From positions 148,064,966 to 148,128,965 of the forward strand of contig NC_090376.1 in NCBI RefSeq assembly GCF_036365525.1: DNA of 64,000 nucleotides, in the 5' to 3' direction. Every line of letters begins with the position of its first letter. Positions within the stretch are counted from its first letter, which is position 1. Made by a program: the position numbers and the translations under genes. The DNA comes from Heterodontus francisci (lineage: Eukaryota). Shown here one piece after another: positions 22,640 to 36,336 of this stretch. The notes beneath the pieces were generated by a model, which was given only the letters and a program-made list of their open reading frames with translations, had not been told where the DNA came from and ran no database searches.

Positions 22640-23834
22640 ATTAATTCTGGAGCAATGAGGTCATGGGTGTGCTTTCCACTATTTTAAAATAGAATGTATT
22701 GGAATCGTGATAATCCCCTTTCACAGTACCTCAAATCCTACCATCATTAGGAAGTTAGATTAAAATTTCTTAAATTTTTTGGCATATAAATACAATGTCG
22801 TGCGAATATAAGATTGTGAATAGAGAAATATTACAATATAGCAGCTGATGCCAAGGCGACAGCCACCTACTCTACACATAATCACTGCTCATTGCTATCA
22901 TGAAGATAGAATCATACTACTGCATCACTTATTTGAAAATTGATATTAATGAAGGGTTATGGAAACCTGTATCACCAGTGGCTAAGTAACTAACTGTGGG
23001 CTTATTCATTTTCTGTAGTAATATTTTGAAAGAAAATTTGAATTACCTTCAAAAAGAAAGAGGTGGTACTTGCAAAGATAGTATAGAGAATATATAACTG
23101 ACTTAAGTATCAGTGACATTTCCATTATTTCTTCCTCTATGGGAATCTTGGTCTCTTTGATCGAAATTATTTCTGTTATTAGACATGGAATCAACTCACC
23201 AAGATCTGAAGATATTAATGAGCCTGGATATTTTAAACTCTTCAACAATGAATAAAAAAGGAAAGTTATAATGACAAACACCCCAGGGATGTTCTTAATC
23301 GCTGGTAGTCATTGAACCGAAATAGCAGCAATGTTGTCTTGACAGTGCCAGATCATCATTGCAATGAGTCGAAGGAAGTAGGACTAAGGCGATCTGCTTT
23401 TGTTTAAACTGCAAGTAACTTTGTTTGCAGTTCCCTCCCTAAAACATCTTGTTTTCAATTATTTGTGTAATGAAACAAATAATTTGAACCCTACTTCCCA
23501 CAGTGGATTTACAATACCTGCTTAAATTGGATTATCAGCTTCTGCTTTCTTGTTCCTTTCTCAAATATTTGTTTATTTTCTCAGATTATGAAAGATACGT
23601 TCATCCCATTTGATCCCAGAACAGATTCTTTCTGAAACTATCATTGATGTAGCACAGTCCAGGAGAGTTTTCTCACTGTTAAATCTCATTTTCCTCAATT
23701 GCCGAGAAACACAGAATCTTAGAATATTACAGCGTAGAAACAGGCCATTTAACCCATAATGCCTGTCAATCCTTTGAGAGACTTATCCAATTAATCCCAT
23801 TCCCCTGCTTTTTTCCCATAACCTTGCAATTTTT

Positions 23835-25740
23835 TCACATAATAAACTTGCCAGCAAAGTTGAAGCTCATGGAGTACAAAGTTGGCTGAATGACAAGAAA
23901 TGTCATAAATGTTTTACAGGCTGGACAAAAGTGGGGCTCCCCAGGGGTCTGTACTAGGACCACTGCTTTTTTTGATATATATTAATAACCTAGACTTGAG
24001 TGCAAAGGGCACAATTTCAAAATGTACAAATGACAGAAAACTTGGAAGTATTGTGAACTGTGAGGAGGATAGTGAGAGACGTCAAAAAGACATAGACAGG
24101 CTGGTGTAATGGACGAACATATGGCTGATGAAATTAAATGTGTGAAGTGTGACAATTTGATGGGAGGAAAAAGGAGAGGCAATACAAAATTAAGGGCACA
24201 ACTTTAAAGTTGCTGCAGGAACAGAGACACCTGGGGGTATATGTGCACAAATCATTGAAAGTGGCCGAGCAGCTTGAGAAAATGGTTAAAAAGGCACACA
24301 GGATCCTGGTCTTTATAAATTGAGACATAGACTACAAAAGCAAGGAAATTATAATGAACCTTCATAAAACTCTGGTTCGGCCTCAAATGGACTATTCTGT
24401 TCATTTCTAGGCACCACAATTTAGGAAGGATGTGAAGGCTTTAGAGAGGGTGCAAAAGAGATTTGAGAATGGATCCAGTTATGTTGATAGATTGGAAAAC
24501 CTAAGGGTGTTCTCCTTAGAGAAGGTTGAGAAGAGATTTGATAGAAGTCTTCACACTCATGAGGGGTCTAGACAGAGTAGATAGAGAGAAACTGTTGCCA
24601 TTGGTGGAAGAATTGAGAACTAGAAGATACCGATATAAGGGGCTGGATTTTACAGCCCTCCCGACGTCGGAGATCATGGCGGGGTGGTGGGGGTGGGGGA
24701 CAGGAAAATGCCTCCGGCAGAGGCCCATCACAGGCCTCGACACCGGGAAGGCGATCCTGATATTGCCGGCAGCGGTAAGGCCTCATGGCAGCTCACCCAT
24801 TCCCCCGCCGCTCAGTGACGGGACCAAAATCTAAATATGTTAATTTATTAAAATAAATATATTAATTATTTACCCGCTCCCGCCGTCCATTCTAGGATGA
24901 TATTAGTGCCAGTGGCTGGCACTCCTGTGCCTTCGGATACCCGTCCGAGTATCCGAGTCGGTACACTGGTGGGGAGAGGGAGCAGGCAAGTTTTTCAGTG
25001 TGTTGCGGGGGGGAGCGAGGTCAAACTAATTTCATTGGTCTAGGGGGTGGTGGGAAGGGGTAAAGGTTAAAGTTGATAAACTTTGTGGGGGGGAAGGTTG
25101 GGAGCACAAGGTAAGTGTTTTTGGAAGGGGGGGGAGAGAGGAGGTAATTACATTTATGCTTATTGGGAGGGGGAGAGGGTCAAGATACCTTTCTTTCATT
25201 TTTCAGAATCAATACTCCTTTAAAATGTTAATTAGCAATGTAGGGCTCGAAGCCCTTTAAAAATGGCATCGGCGCCTGTATTATTGCTGGAGATGGACCT
25301 CCCGCCTCCTCTACGCCATTTGGCAGGGGGATTGGTGGGGCGGGGGGGGTGTTGCTGGTGGTCCAACCTGGCTATTTAAATGAGCCACCGCATTTAATAT
25401 TGTGGCACTCCGTGACGTGTGGACTGCACGGGCAGACCGCCATTTTTCATGTCGGCTGCTAAAATGAAAAATCCAGCCCAAAGTGACTGGCAAAAGAATC
25501 AATGTGACATGAGAAAAAGTTTTTTTATGCATAATGGTGGTTAGGAATGCACTACCTGAGAATGTGGTAGAGGCAGATACAATCAAAACAGAATTGGATA
25601 AGTGCCTGAAGAGAAAAATTTTGCAGGACTATGGGAAAAGGGTGGGGGAGTGGGACTAGTTGAGCTGCTCTTGCAGAGAGCCAGTACCGATATGACAGGC
25701 AAAATGACATCATTTTGTGCTATAACAGTCCTATGACTTT
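23835..25740 (+). mobile_element. Old CR1 LINE fragment split by a MITE
   Basis: SGAPQGSVLGPLLFLIYINNL (ORF 23909..24109); RRDLIEVF..MRGLDRVD; resumes after 25479. Confidence 0.8.
24640..25479. mobile_element. Harbinger-type MITE (family 1), 840 bp
   Basis: Perfect 12-bp TIR GGGCTGGATTTT / AAAATCCAGCCC; flanks AAG/AAA. Confidence 0.88.
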
Positions 25741-25854
25741 AACTACTCTACTTCCTGAGGTAGCAAGTTTCACATTAAAACCACTCTCTGGGGAAATAAG
25801 TTGTCCCTGAATTCCCTATTGGATTTATTAGTGACTTTCTTGTTTCTGTATTTG

Positions 25855-26690
25855 CCTCTATTTATAAATCAAAGGATCCTGCATGCCTTTTTAACAACGC
25901 TCTCAACTTGTCCTGCCACCTTCAAAAATTGCTGCATGTATACCCCGAGATCTCTCAGTTCCTGAGAGATTATACTATTTTGTTTATATTACCACTCTTC
26001 ATTCTTCCTATCAAAATGTATCACTTCACACTTTCCTGCAAATTTCAATTGCAATGTATTTGTTCATTTCACCAGTCTGCTGATGTCATCTTGCAGTCTG
26101 TTATCATTCTCTTCACTGTTCACTCTGTTTCTGCATTTTGTGTCATCTGCAAACTTTGAAATGACACCCTGTAAACACAAGCCCAAATCATTAATATATC
26201 TCAAGATGAGTAGTAGTTTCAACACTGACACCAGGGGTAAACCACTGCACACTCCCCTCCAGTCTGAAAATCATTCACCACTGCTTTCTGCTCTCTGTAT
26301 TTTACTCAATTTTATATCTACACATCTACTGCCCCTTTAATCTCATGGGCTTCAATTTTGCCTGCAAGTTCGTTATATGGTACATTATCAAACACGTTTT
26401 GAAAGTCCATATACACATCAACTGCACTACCTCATCAATTCTTTCCATTATTTCATCAAGTGCTCAATCAAGTTAGTCAAGTCCAATTTGCCATTAACAA
26501 ATCTGTGCTGGCTTTCATTTATTTATCCATAGTTTTCCAATTAATTTTGCCCTGGTTTAAAACTGATATTAGGCTGACTGGCCCGTACTTGCTGTGTTTA
26601 TCCCTCTTCCCTTTTTGAACAGGGGTGTAACATTTGCAATCCTCTAGTCCTATGACACTACTTCCATATCCAAAGAGGATTGAAAGATTC
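25855..26690 (-). mobile_element. Old CR1 RT fragment
   Basis: YINDLGLCLQGVISKFADDTK (ORF 26064..26252). Confidence 0.75.
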
Positions 26691-26914
26691 TTGCTTAAAC
26701 TGCATCAAGTAGTAAAAAATAATGAAGGCTTGGATTTTCCTCTAATTACCACCCATTTTAATGCAGATTTTGGGTGGTAAACTGGGTTGCTAGAGGCTAC
26801 TAACTCAGATTCACAAGAAGATATCAGCATCTAAATTATCCTTCCAAAACAGTGTCCATCCACTTGATGGCTTTTCAGGAGCCTGAATCACCTCCTGTAA
26901 AACAGTAGAAAATG

Positions 26915-27135
26915 GAAGAATTTGCGTTTTTGCAGTTCTTTTCATGACATCAGAATATCCCAAGTCACAGCCAATTAAGTACTTTTGAAGTATAGCCACA
27001 GCTATAATGTAAGAAATAACACACAAAAAAGTAACACACACAGCAATGAGATAAATGGCAAGGTAATCTGTTTTTAGTGATTAAGGGATAAATATTAGCC
27101 AAGAAATTAGCGAAACCTCCTGCTCTTCGTCAAAA
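26915..27135 (-). mobile_element. DeuSINE (SacSINE1-like) 3' part
   Basis: Reverse-complement similarity to 27340-27582. Confidence 0.55.
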
Positions 27136-27142
27136 AGGAACC

Positions 27143-27582
27143 TTGACTCAGTTGTCATATATCAGCAGGTTATGGGTTCAAGCTGTATTCCAGAGACTTG
27201 AGCATACAATCTAGACTAACACTTCAGTGTAGTACTGAGGGAATGCTACACTGTCACAGATACTGCCTTTCAGATGAGATGTTAGACCAGGGTCCTGTCT
27301 ACTCTTGCAGGTGGGTGTAAAAGATCCCATAGCACAATTTGAAGAAGAGTAAGGTATTTTTCCAAGTGTCATGGCCAACATTTATCCCTTTACCAACACA
27401 ACCAAAACAGTTTATCTGCTCATTTATCTCAATGCTGTTTGTAAAACCTCCCTGTGTGCAAATTGTCTGCCATGTTTCCCTACATTACAAAAGTGATCAG
27501 ATTTCGAGGCTATTTAATAGGCAATGAGGTTTGGGATATCCTGAGGCTGAGAAAGAAGTTGTATAAATGTTAATTCTTACTT
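27143..27582 (+). mobile_element. DeuSINE (SacSINE1/AmnSINE1-like)
   Basis: Deu-domain-like GTACTGAGGGAATGCTACACTGTC...TTTCAGATGAGATGTTA...GTAAAAGATCCCAT; B-box-like GGGTTCAAG. Confidence 0.75.
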
Positions 27583-27635
27583 TCTCAGTGGTATCTACAA
27601 AGCCACTTATCTTTACCAAGGAGTCCCCAATTATA

Positions 27636-28603
27636 TTTTTTATTCGTTCCTGGATGTGGGCGTCGCAGGCTAGGCCAGCATTTATTGGCCATCCCTAATG
27701 GCCCTTAAGAAGGTGGTGAGCTGCCTTCTTGAACCGCTGCAGTCCATGTGGGGTAGGTAAACCCACAGTGCTGTTAGGAAAAAGGAGTTCCAGGATTTTA
27801 ACCCAGTGACAGTGAAGGTACGACGCTATAGTTCCAAGTCAGGATGGTGTGTGGCTTGGAGGAGAACTTGCTGGTGGTGGTATTCCCATGCATCTGCTGC
27901 CCTTGTTCTTCTAGGTGGTAGAGGTCATGGGTTTGGAAGGTGCTGTCTAAGGAGCCTTGGTGCTTTGCTGCAGTGCATCTTGTAGATGGTACACATTGCT
28001 GCCACTGTGCGTCGGTGGTGGAGGGAGTGAATGTTTGTGGATGGGATGCCAATCAAGCAGGCTGCTTTGTCCTGGATGGTGTTGAGCTTCTTGAGTGTTA
28101 TTGGAGTGTTATTGCCCATCCAGGTAAGTGGAAAGTATTCCATCGCACTCCTGACTTGTGCCTTGTAGATGGTAGACAGGCCTTGGGGAGTCAGGAGGTG
28201 TTGCCATTGAATGACAAGGGGAGAGGGTTGGATTCTCTCTTGTTGGTCATTGTCTGGCACTTGTGTGGCATGATTGTTACTTGCCACTTATCAGCCCAAG
28301 CCTGGATATTGTCCAGGTCTTGCTGCATTTCTACATGGACTGCTTCAGTATCTGCGGAGTCGCGAATGGTGTTGAACGTTGTGCAATCATCAGCGAACAT
28401 CCCCACTTCTGACCTTATGATTGAAGGAAAGTCATGAATGAAGCAGCTGAATATGGTTGGGCCTCGGACACTACCCTGAGGAACTCCTGCAGTGATGTCC
28501 TGGTGCTGAGATGATAGACCTCCAACAACCACAACCATCTTTCTTTGCACTAGGTACAACTTCAACCTGCGGAGAGTTTTCCCCCTGATTCCCATTGACT
28601 CCA
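27636..28603 (-). mobile_element. CR1/L2-clade LINE family B, 3' fragment with internal deletion
   Basis: AGVPQGSVRGPTIFSCFI, MFADD (ORF 28191..28604); tail shared with 60930-62183. Confidence 0.85.
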
Positions 28604-28769
28604 ATGTTTCTTCACTTCCTTCTCTTTGGCAATCACTTGCTTTATGGTGCTGCTATTTCTTCTAATTTCATGAAATAATCCTTAGCTGTGTGGAACCAAT
28701 GAGTGGAGGATTATGTAAACTGTATGAGCTCTGATCCAAGCCCAAAGCATCAGTAGAAAGAATGAGGAG

Positions 28770-29475
28770 CCATAATGCTAAAGGGGATGCAGGAGCAGAG
28801 AGACCAGGAGGTTCAGAAATCTGTGAAGATAGCAAGACAAGTTAATAAAGCTGTTGAAAAAGCTTACAGAGTCCTTGGCTTTATAAATCGAGGAATACAG
28901 TACAAAAGCAAGGAAGTTATGTCAAACCTTGGTCAGGCCCCAGCTGGAGTACTGTATCCAGTCTTGGGCAACACACTTTAGAAAGAATGTCAAAACCTTG
29001 GAGAGGAGATGGAGGAGATTAACTAGAATGGGGGAATGAGGGACTTCAGTTCCATGGAGAGACAAGAGAAACTGGGATTGTTCTCCTTTGAGCGAAGAAG
29101 GTTAAGTGGAGATTTAATAGAGGCTTTCAAAATCATGAAGATTTTTGATAGCTTAAATAAGGAGGAACTGCTTCCTATGGAAGAAGGGTCAGTAACCAGA
29201 GAACACAAATTTAAGGTAATTGGCAAAAGAACCAAAGTGAGATGAGAATTTTTTTTCCACAGCATGTTATTATGATCTAGAATGTATTGTCTGAAAGGAT
29301 GATGAAAGGAGATTCAATCGTAACTTTCAAAAGGGAATTGGATAAATACTTGAAGGGGAGAAACTTACAGGGATATGAGTAAAAGCAGGGAAGTGAATCT
29401 AATTGGATTGCGCTTTCAATGTGCTGGCATGATGGGCCGAATGACTTCCTCTGCCAGAAGATTCTATCATTCTAA
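28770..29475 (+). mobile_element. Old CR1 3' fragment
   Basis: LGLFSFERRRLSGDLIEAFKIMK; GATGGGCCGAATG tail. Confidence 0.8.
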
Positions 29476-30269
29476 GATTAAATAAACATTGACATTCAAA
29501 TCCATTGAATGAGTCATGGCTCCATTCTATTTTCCATTTGGATGATTTTTCTGTCCTTTATAAAACTTATTTGGCTCTGTTTGATCATTTGGCTGAGAAC
29601 CATTTTCAGACATCATTAATTATCTTAGCAAGAATTTTGATGACTGTATGAAAAAATAGATACAGTCCTATAAATATTACATTGCATCAGATCTTTATCT
29701 GGTTTAAACCAAATTATTACTGCGACCTTTTTCAAGGCGTACAGAATGCAACAGTTAATCCTGGTCTGCTCATAGACCTGCAGTAATGCTGGAGCTTGGG
29801 GATTTAGGGAGGGGAAAAATCAGCAGACAGAACATCTGCTGCATCTGATTTACCCACTGAGAGATTTGATGACCCTGGAAAGACAGCTGAACTCTGTAAC
29901 TTTGGCTGGTTTCCTAGTGTGTTGTGACAGTAAATGTACAAGATTAATGTTGTTACAAAGTAGTTTGCTCTGTCTGGGAAGGATAATGCTTAAAGATACA
30001 TATGAAATCATGGAATTCTCTAAGAGTATAATTAATCTTCTTAGGGTTAACTTTGGTTGTTCCATTCCACTGCAATGTAGCCTGAATAATATTAAGTGCT
30101 TTGTTTCAAGTTTCCAATTAAACAGTTTACTGATTTTATCTGCAAACGTTGGTACTTTATCCTTGGGGTAGCATAGATTCTATTCTGTCAATAATGCTTA
30201 GTTCATATTTATTCTTTACAGTCCTTCTGTAGGGGAATGAAAACACATTTACTGAACTGTCAGAATCCT

Positions 30270-31325
30270 GAGCCCTAGTTTTCATCCAGAGATGGGAATG
30301 TGTCATACAAGGGCAGTAGTGGGTGACAAAACCTGCCCGATTTTAAGGGACAAGTGTCATTTAAATAACACTTGTGGTGTTTTCTTTATGATAATGCATC
30401 TGCAGGCATGCCAATCACCCACATGACACAATTCTCTGGTCACTGACCACCTCCAGGCGCGTATCCATTGTCTCTCGAGATAAGGAGGCCCAAAAGAAGA
30501 AAGAATTTAAAGGCTGATTCTGCCTCGACAAGTGAGGCTGAAGGAAAACAGTAAAGCAACATTGAAGAAAAGTTAAAAACAACTATATAGTTGGCTGCAA
30601 AGAGAGAGTAAGTGCCCCCAGGTTCTCGGATACTTCCCTGGAGGTCATGCTGGATCCAATGAGAGCCAAGAGGGTTCTGTGCACCCACAAGTGAAAAGAA
30701 TCAAGGAGGCTTAGATTGAGGTGAGTGAGAGAGAAGGACCATCACATCAAGCACCTGGAATCAGGAAATGTTTCAATGGCCTGAGTAGGTCAGGCAATGT
30801 CAGTACACATCCTACTTTACACACCTCCTGGAATGCATCTCCTTCCAATTACTCTTTCTCCTTCTATACCATTCTCAACCTGGCATCATTTCCTCACCAC
30901 TAATCACAATGGTACACTGTATAACCTTTCATCCTCCCTCCTTACATGTGCTCGCCTGCTGCTTCCTCCCTTCACTACTGCCAAGAACACTTGCCCTCAT
31001 CTCCACTGAGATGTCAATCTGCATTTCTTAGCAGATTTCCTTAATATACATTGTCGCTAATTCCAGCAAATACATGATATCCCCAATCCTATTACATTTG
31101 CCTGATTCTCTCTTTCTCCATGTATAGTAAATACAAAAGAAGCACACATCCTTGTTAGCCAGTCATAATGCTGGCCCACCCCTTTACAGGAGAAGCGAAT
31201 GCAAAATATCAGGGAGAATGCCAGAACTGGCAGAGGTTCACTGGAGTTCATGAAAATTACCCTGGAGGAAGAGGAGGCAATGGAGATAAGTGACATCACT
31301 AGCACTCTGAGAATTGGGGATGGTG
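30270..31325 (+). mobile_element. Decayed Harbinger accessory (Myb/SANT-like) gene remnant
   Basis: RKCFNGLSRSG near 30765; exon-like TTTACAG|EKRMQNIRENARTGRG..ITLEEEEAMEI near 31190, paralleling 33700-34150. Confidence 0.55.
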
Positions 31326-32918
31326 AAATAAAAAACAGAAAATGGTGGAAATACTCAGCATCTTTGGAGAGAGAGAACAAGAGTTTACATTTCAGGTCAA
31401 TGACCTTTCATCAGAACTGGGATAAGTCAAAGATGGAATAGGTTTTAAGCAAGTGAAAGGGGGAAGGGTGGAAAAAGAGCAAAAAGGAAGGTCTGTCATA
31501 GGCTGGAGGGCAGGACAGATTAAATGACAAAAGAGTTGGTGGTGGAAGGTCAAAGGGTGTGATAATGGAAAAAGTAAAGAAACGGAAATATGTCTAGAGG
31601 AGGTTTGAATGGCAAAATGATGAACAGCTGCTGTCCAAAAGCAAAAACATGAGTAAAACAGAGATCTGTAAAGAAAAAGGAAACAAAATGGGGGCAGAGA
31701 TTCCAGTCTGAAATTGTTGAACTCAATGTTGAGTCCAGAAGTCTCTAAATTGCCTAATTGAAAGATAAGGTGCTGCTCCTCAAGCTAATATTGAGCTTCA
31801 TTGGAACACTGCAATAGGCTGAGGACAGAGAGGTCAGTCTGAAAGCAACGTGAAGAATTAAAATGACAGGCAACTGGAAGCTCAGAGTCACGCTTGCAGA
31901 CTGAACGGAGGTGTTCTGCAAAGCAGTCACCCAATCTGCATTTGGTCTCCACAGTGTAGAGCAGACTGCATTGTGAGCAGTGAATAAAGTATACAAAATT
32001 TAAATCGCTGTTCACCTGGAAGTAATGTTTGGGGCCTTGGGTGGTGAGGTAAAAGGGCATCTCCTGTGCTTGCATGGAAAGTTGCCATAGGAAAGGGAGA
32101 AAGTGCTGGGGTGATTGAGGATTGGACCTGGGTGTTGCAGAGGGAATAGATCTTCGGAACGCTGAAAGGGGAGGGAAGGGGAAGATATGCATGTTGATGG
32201 AGCCACGCTGGAAATGGCAGAAATGGCAGAGGATAATCCATTGAATATGGAGGCTGGTGGGGTGGAAGGTAAGGACCAGGGTAAGCTATCTTGGTTCTGG
32301 AAGGGAGGGGAGGGGAAGGGGTGAGAGCAGAAGTGCGGGAAATGGGAAGGACACGGTTGAGGGTCCTGTCAACCACAATGCAGGGGGTGAAATCCTTGGT
32401 TGAGGTAAAAGGAAGACATATCAGAAGCACTGGTATGGAAGGTTGCATCATCAGAACAGTTGCAACAGAGATGGAGAAACTAGGAGATTAGAATAGAATC
32501 CTTGCAGGAAGCAGGGTGTGAGGAAGTGGAACCAAGGCAGATGTAGCAGTCGGTGGGTTTATAGTGAATATTGTTGATAACCTATCCCCAGAAATGGAGA
32601 CAGAGAGTCGAGGAAGAGAAGGGAAGAGTCAGAAATGGACCATGTGAAGGTGAGACCAGGGTGGAAATTGGAAGCAAAGTTGATGGCATTTTCCAGTTCA
32701 GGGCGAGAGCAGGAAAAGGCATCAGTTCGGTCATCAATGAACGGGTAAAAAGGTGAGGGAGGGGTCCTGAGTAGGACTGGAACAAGGAATATTCCACATA
32801 TCCCACAAAAAGGCGGGCATAGCTAGGACCCCTGCAGGTACCCATAGCAACATTTTTATTTAGACAAAGTGAGTGCAGTTAAAGGAGAAGTTGTTCAATG
32901 TGAGAACAAGTTCAGTTA
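31326..32918 (-). mobile_element. Penelope-like element (RT, GIY-YIG, pLTR), decayed
   Basis: MGTCRGPSYARLFVGYVE (RT); ETKCRLGDCFAEHLRSV (GIY-YIG region); pLTR with hammerhead. Confidence 0.85.
31382..31418 (-). ncRNA. Minimal type I hammerhead ribozyme (Penelope pLTR), variant
   Basis: AGTT-CTGATGA-A-AGGTC-ATT-GACCT-GAAAT-GTA^AACT. Confidence 0.7.
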
Positions 32919-32999
32919 GTCTATTTTCTGGTTATTGATTTAATGGTTATTAACTGAATCTTGTTTTTGACATTTGTCCTAAGCCTCCTTTTCCTGTTT

Positions 33000-33144
33000 T
33001 AATTTAAACTTTATTTCTTTTGTCATCCATTATCTTTGGATGGTGTACCTTTTCCTTTCAAAGGAATATGCTTATTTTGTACCTGCACTATCTCTTCCCT
33101 GGATGCCCTCCATTGCTCTGTCACTGCTTTACCCTGCAAACACA
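33000..33144 (-). mobile_element. CR1 fragment, left part of a copy split by Harbinger
   Basis: LQGKAVTEQWRASREEIVQVQNKHIP continues the frame ending AQVYWK at 37734. Confidence 0.7.
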
Positions 33145-33504
33145 GGGCTGAATTTAATGAGCCCACTGCCGGGTCCGATGGTGGGCCTGGAAAAGAGCGC
33201 CATTATCACCCATCATGTGGGCGGCTGCCCCACCACAATTACACAGTAGATGGCCATGTTACATAGGGGAGGTGCAGGTCCCTCCCCAGTCACATGTCAG
33301 AGGTGGGAGACGAATCATTGATTACTGCCTCAGATGTCTCCGGACCAGGTGCTGGTGCCATATTTAAAGGCCTGCCAGCCCTGCATTCACTGCTGCTTTG
33401 AATGTATTTTCAACTTTGTGCTGCCTACAGCTCTGTCAGACTGGTTTCTGTACCCCTCCCACCACCACCACCCCCCCCCCCACCCACAAAGAGGGCAGAT
33501 GACA

Positions 33505-35090
33505 ATGGCTGAGACAAGACACACAGTGGCCCCATGGTTCAGTGATGCCTCCCTGCAGATCCTCATCCAAGCTGCAAGGAAAAGGCTGGAGGTTCTCTTC
33601 CCCCGTGATGGCACAAAGAGGTCCTCCTGCCTGACCAAGCAAGCCTGGGTGGAGATCGCAGAGAGGTCAGCAGCCATGGGATCACCCGACGCAACTGAGT
33701 TCAGTGCAGGAAGAGGGTCAATGACCTCCTGCGTTCTGCCAAGGGAAGTGCTCCACACCAATCGCCTTTCTGAGCATTACATGTACATACGCGGGAGGTT
33801 GCACGACATGGGGAGGATAGGAGCGCTGCAGCATTGGCTGAGTGGCTGGGGTTTTAACTCTTCCTGACAGATGCATGGCTTCCTCTCGGCCACAAGCCAC
33901 CGTCCTTCGTAGCTCACCCACCTTAAATCCCCAGACAGCGAGTGTCGGCATGAGAGACATTGGATTCCCCCAACAGGTGATGAGGAGCTGACATGAGCAG
34001 AACTGTCATGTTGATCTCTCTGCCATTCTCTACTATCTCCATCCTTACCCTTTACTACAAGAGGGCCCATAATAGGAGGGAGACAACCTAGACTGGAGGA
34101 GGAATCCCAGATCTATGTCCATTTACGTCTGCCGAGGAAGAGACTTTGGAGCTGGCGGGCACCCAGGGCAGTTACACAATATCAAATGAGGAGACTGGAG
34201 TCCCTGTGCAAGAGCATGAGGAATGAGTCCCATCGGCATGTGCATTAATGTTGGAAACTCACATTACACATGGTTGGCGTCAGGAGAGCTGCACAGCCGA
34301 GCTCACATATGTTTGTATTCTCTCATGTAGGTAGCCATTCACAAGGGTCTGCAGCCACAGTAGGACATTCATCGACCTCTAAGAAGGAGAACCACTCAGA
34401 GAATGCATTGTGCCATGACTCTCTTGCACCCCCCTCAGTGTAGATACTTTCACCATGGCGGGTACCTGCTCAGCTTTAGAACCAGGGTCACAAGATGATG
34501 AATGCACCACACACGCATGAGAGCTGCTGGCCGAGGCTGAGATAGCTGAGACCTCCGACATTCGGAGGACTGTGAGTGGCCAGGCCCATGTTGAGCCCCA
34601 GGATGATGTTGAGCCTGTGTTGTTGACAGTACAAGACATGCTAGAGTTACAGAGAGATGCCAGAGGTCATGTGCTGTCATGAGCAGACAATGGAGGACTC
34701 CATCCATGCCATGATTGTTGTCTTGTCTCAGGCATATGAGCGCATGGCTTCCTCCATCGAGAGGTCGGTGAACCTCATGGAGAGCCAGATTCCACAGATG
34801 CCTGCAGACCTACACACCGTTGCCTTGGCCATGAGCTCAATGCAGCAGTGGCAAGACAAGAGAATGAACAGGAGCCTGGAGACTTCTGCAGCTCCTCGTC
34901 CTTCTCTGGTGAGCAGGAAGGCTAAAAAGGGCCTTCAAAGGGAGGAGAAGCTGCCATCCATATCTGGAGGCTCCCCTCAGGGCACTGTGTGTGTGGACAT
35001 CGGCTTCTCAGTCCCGCAGAAAGTGAGCCCAGCTCCAGCAGCCGTGATGTCTGATGAGAGTCCTGGACATCCCCAGGCAGCCGGGCCTTC
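33505..35090 (+). pseudogene. Harbinger Myb/SANT-like DNA-binding protein gene, intron-containing, decayed
   Basis: APWFSDASLQILIQAARKRLEVLFPRDG...KQAWVEIAE..QCRKRVNDLLRSA; later RTGGG..EEETLEL exon; acceptor-like TGTAG at 34330. Confidence 0.75.
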
Positions 35091-35092
35091 CA

Positions 35093-35823
35093 GGGGAGAC
35101 GGTGGCATAGTGGTAATGTCACTGAACTAGTAATCCAGAGGCCCAGCTTAATGGCCTGGGGAGATGGGCTCAAATTCCAGCACAGCAGCTGGTGGAATTT
35201 AAATGTAATTAATTAATAAATTCAATTAATTAATAAAAATCTGGAATAAAAAGCTAGTTTCAGTAATGGTGCCATGAAACTATCATTGATTGTCAAAGTG
35301 GTGCAGTGGTTAGCACCGCAGCCTCACAGATCCAGCGACCTGGGTTCAGTTATGGATACTGCCTGTGCAGATTTTGCAAGTTCTCCCTGTGACCGTGTGG
35401 GTTTCTGCCGGGTTCTCCGATTTCCTCCCACAGCCAAAGACTTGCAGGTTGATCGATAAATTGCCCATTGTAATTTGCCCCTAGTGTAGGTAGGTGGTCG
35501 GGAATATGGGATTAAAGTAGGATTAGTATCAATGGGTGGTTGTTGGTCGGCACAGACTCAGTGGGCCGAAGAACCTGTTTCAGTGCTGTATCTCTAAATA
35601 AATAAAAACCCATCTGCTTGACTAATGTCGTTTAAGGGAAAAAAAATATGCTATCCTTACCTGGTCTGGCCTACATGTGATTTTAGACCCATAGCAATGT
35701 GGTTGATTCTTAGCTGCCCTCTAAAATGGCTTAGCAAGCTGCTTAGCTATCAAGGGCAATCAGTGTTGGGCAACAAATGCTGGCCTTGGCAGTGATGCCT
35801 ACATCCCATGAAAGAATAAAAAA
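35093..35823 (+). mobile_element. tRNA-derived SINE with family-B LINE tail, split by an HE1-like SINE
   Basis: A-box GGTGGCATAGTGG, B-box-like GGGCTCAAATTCC; tail AAATGCTGGCC...ACATCCCATGAAAGAATAAAAAA. Confidence 0.7.
35297..35607 (+). mobile_element. HE1-like V-SINE
   Basis: TGGTGCAGTGGTTAGCAC (A box), GGGTTCAGTT (B box), V-domain-like TTCTCCCTGTGACCGTGTGGGTTTC, CR1-like tail GGGCCGAAG...TGCTGTATCTCTAAATAAATAAA. Confidence 0.85.
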
Positions 35824-36336
35824 GCAGCCAGGGGACATCACAGGTCAAGGGTCAGCCTGATCAGCAGCCTGCCTCCAGCCCAGCTGCTGCCACGTAGGAG
35901 CATTTGCAAACATATTAAAAAGAGCACCTAGCCACACTTTGCAGCATATGTGTTTTGTGTCAAATAATTTACAAATCCTTTATTCAAATCATTAGAATTC
36001 ATTGTCTGAAAGCCATGTGCCATTATGCCTTAATTGTGAGATGCTGACCACCCCCTTCCCACTTTATGGCTAGGCCGGTGTGACAATGGTCCTCACTAAC
36101 ATCGAATGAGAGCCCTCATGTTCTTCCATGAGCACTAGCGAGCAACTGGTCGCAAGTCATGGAATAAAAATGGAAAGGAGGAGACAGAATTCATACCTGA
36201 CAGTGAGTCTTTATTGCATTCTCAGCGAGTGGACATCAGGGTGGCTGGAAATGAATAACTATGAGGTTGTCTCTTTCCTCCTTTGCGTGTCTCTTGACCT
36301 GTCTGGCCTCCAGCACTGAGTCTTCAAAATCCATCA

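Noticed and set aside
23006-23281. 91-aa minus ORF and a nearby acceptor-like site at 23584
   Set aside because: No recognisable homology; all three frames after the acceptor stop quickly.
35051-35075. CTGATGA hammerhead-like core
   Set aside because: No stem II followed by GAAA; not a ribozyme.
35297-35350. tRNA-like A/B boxes (also 57900-57960 and 35100-35180)
   Set aside because: SINE heads without a cloverleaf, not tRNA genes.
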